From NCBI GenBank assembly GCA_013820975.1, contig JACDHQ010000001.1, forward strand, positions 1 through 27,741: DNA of 27,741 nt. Direction: 5' to 3'. The first letter of the stretch is position 1. Each line of letters opens with the position of its first letter. The position numbers were made by a program, and so were the translations under genes. Shown piece by piece: positions 25,957 to 27,741 of this stretch. The stretch is from Gemmatimonadaceae bacterium (lineage in GTDB: Bacteria; Gemmatimonadota; Gemmatimonadetes; Gemmatimonadales; Gemmatimonadaceae). The notes below the pieces were generated by a model that was not told where the DNA came from, did not search any database, and saw nothing but the letters and a program-made list of their open reading frames with translations.

Positions 25957-27741
25957 ATGCAGAACCGGCATTTCTTCGTTCTCGACTTCATCCTGCTCAT
26001 CCTGGTCGCGGCGGTCGCATTCACGTCGCGATTCGAAGGGTGGGGGTGGTGGGCCGACTGGCATCGGGAGGCCATCTGGCTCGCGCTCCTGATCGTCCCG
26101 CTGAAGCTTGCCATCTTCCACGCAGTCGGGATATACCGCCGGCTCTGGCGGTATGCGAGCGTGGCCGAGCTCGAGATCGTCCTGGTCGCGTCGGCGGTGA
26201 CGGCAGGGGTCACGCTCCTGGCCGGCACCCTGGTTCTCCCGGCACTTGGAGTCGTATCGGGACGCATCCCGCTGAGCGTGCTGCTCATCGACAGCATTCT
26301 GACGCCGGCGGTCATCACCATCCCGCGCATCGTCCTGCGGTCCTGGGCCAGGCGTGAGCTCAACGGAAGGAAGAGTCCCGCATCCGGCCGCCGGGCGCTC
26401 ATCGCCGGTGCGGGCGATGCCGGAGGCATGATCGCCGCCGAACTGCTCAGCAACCCGCAACTCGGCATCGTCCCGGTGGGCTTTCTCGACGACGACCCGT
26501 TCAAGCGGGGGCTCCACCTCCGCGGGTTGCGCGTGTTCGGCCCGCTCTCGACGCTGGCTGAGCATGTGAAACGCCACGAGGTGGACGAAGTGATCACCGC
26601 GATGCCGTCCGCGCCCGGGGCCGTGATCCGGGAGCTGGTGAAGGTCGCGGCGACAGCAGGGGTCAACGTCCGCACGATTCCGGGGCTGTACGAGATCCTT
26701 TCCGGCTCCAAATCGGTGAGCACGCTGCGCCAGATCGAGATCCAGGACCTGCTGCGGCGCGAGCCGATCGAGACCGACCTGGAAGAGGTCGGTCGCATGA
26801 TCACGGGGAGGGTAGTGCTGGTTACTGGTGCCGGGGGGTCGATCGGCAGCGAGCTGTGCCGCCAGATCGCCCAGCTCTCCCCCGCGAGGATCGTCGCGCT
26901 TGGTCGCGGCGAGAACTCGGTGTTCGAGATCCTGCAGGAGCTGCAGGTGACCTACCCGCACATCGACGTGGCGCCGGCGATCGTGGACGTGCGCGACGAG
27001 CGGCGACTCGACGCGGTGTTCGCCGCGCACCACCCGCATGCGGTGTTCCACGCGGCCGCCCACAAGCACGTGCCGCTCATGGAAGCGAGCGTGGACGAGG
27101 CGATCCTCAACAACGTGGTGGGGACGCAGAACGTCGCCGAGTGCTGCTCCATTTATGGCGCTGAGCGCCTGGTGCTCATCTCGACCGACAAGGCCGTACG
27201 GCCCACGAGCATCATGGGGGCGACGAAGCGCGTCGCCGAAGGGGTGGTGCATGCGGTGGCCGACCGCGAGCAGAAGAACTTCGTGTCGGTTCGGTTCGGC
27301 AACGTGCTCGGCAGCCGGGGCAGCGTGGTGCCGACATTCATGAGGCAGATCGCCGCCGGTGGGCCGGTCACCATCACCGACCCGGAGATGCGCCGCTACT
27401 TCATGACGATCCCGGAGGCGGTGCAGCTCGTACTGCAGGCGGCGGTGATGGGCCGCGGCGGCGAGACGTTCGTGCTGGACATGGGCGAGCCGGTGAAGAT
27501 CGTGGACCTTGCGACCGACCTGATCCGACTCTCGGGGCTGGAGCCGGGAACGGACGTGGAGATAAAGTTCACCGGGGCGCGCCCGGGGGAGAAGCTGTAC
27601 GAGGAGCTGTTCTTCGGGTCGGACGTCGCGACGCCGACGGTGCATCCCAAGGTCCTGCGGGCTCGCGACACCCACTTTCCACCGTCGATGGCGCTGATGG
27701 TCGACCGCCTGGCCGAGGCGGCGTGGCGCGCGGCGCCTACC
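25957..27741 (+). CDS. Membrane-anchored UDP-GlcNAc 4,6-dehydratase, PglF/CapD/WbpM family (3'-truncated; missing from ORF track)
   Basis: Hand translation from ATG 25957: MQNRHFFVLDF...GIYRRLWRYASVAEL, GFLDDD, VTGAGGSIGSELCRQ (26821), STDKAV..MGATK (27181), RFGNVLGSRGSVVP, RPGEKLYEEL. Open to the window end. Confidence 0.95.
   Translation, partial: MQNRHFFVLDFILLILVAAVAFTSRFEGWGWWADWHREAIWLALLIVPLKLAIFHAVGIYRRLWRYASVAELEIVLVASAVTAGVTLLAGTLVLPALGVVSGRIPLSVLLIDSILTPAVITIPRIVLRSWARRELNGRKSPASGRRALIAGAGDAGGMIAAELLSNPQLGIVPVGFLDDDPFKRGLHLRGLRVFGPLSTLAEHVKRHEVDEVITAMPSAPGAVIRELVKVAATAGVNVRTIPGLYEILSGSKSVSTLRQIEIQDLLRREPIETDLEEVGRMITGRVVLVTGAGGSIGSELCRQIAQLSPARIVALGRGENSVFEILQELQVTYPHIDVAPAIVDVRDERRLDAVFAAHHPHAVFHAAAHKHVPLMEASVDEAILNNVVGTQNVAECCSIYGAERLVLISTDKAVRPTSIMGATKRVAEGVVHAVADREQKNFVSVRFGNVLGSRGSVVPTFMRQIAAGGPVTITDPEMRRYFMTIPEAVQLVLQAAVMGRGGETFVLDMGEPVKIVDLATDLIRLSGLEPGTDVEIKFTGARPGEKLYEELFFGSDVATPTVHPKVLRARDTHFPPSMALMVDRLAEAAWRAAPT

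Noticed and set aside
25798-27675. 625-aa minus-strand ORF
   Set aside because: It is the antisense shadow of the clearly recognisable PglF/CapD gene and has no motifs of its own. The same applies to 16766-18094, 20731-21990, 11456-12565, 1611-2804 and similar long shadows expected in high-GC DNA.

Overview
This GC-rich bacterial window is almost entirely one Wzx/Wzy-type surface-polysaccharide (O-antigen/capsule-like) locus, truncated at both ends. The genes fall into seven alternating orientation blocks. (1) +: ugd (partial), UDP-glucuronate decarboxylase and an NDP-sugar epimerase. (2) -: flippase, Wzz/GumC-like co-polymerase and Wzy-like polymerase. (3) +: CDP-tyvelose-2-epimerase-like SDR and two GT4-type glycosyltransferases, behind a near-consensus sigma70 promoter. 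(4) -: CDP-3,6-dideoxyhexose genes (rfbF, rfbG, rfbH, RmlC-type epimerase, Abe/Prt-like reductase) and a GT2, followed by a separately promoted acyl-tailoring operon (wHTH regulator, AcpS, two FabH-like KSIII, two FabG-like SDRs, ACP, Rieske oxygenase, two NeuD/PglD-like acyltransferases). (5) +: PglC-like phosphoglycosyl transferase. (6) -: PglE-like aminotransferase. (7) +: PglF/CapD-like dehydratase (partial, absent from the ORF track). The most interesting signal is the acyl operon, which looks like a stand-alone mini fatty-acid/polyketide line. I infer it builds a hydroxylated acyl group (e.g. 3,5-dihydroxyhexanoyl-type, possibly further oxidised) for a bacillosamine-type amino sugar. It has a likely autoregulatory palindrome and one acyltransferase paralog lacking the catalytic His. 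Other notable items are a heavily structured wzz-wzy intergenic region, overlapping divergent promoters and an in-frame 12-bp tandem repeat. I saw no rRNA, tRNA, CRISPR array, transposase or integrase. All calls come from reading motifs by eye; no searches or folding programs were run.
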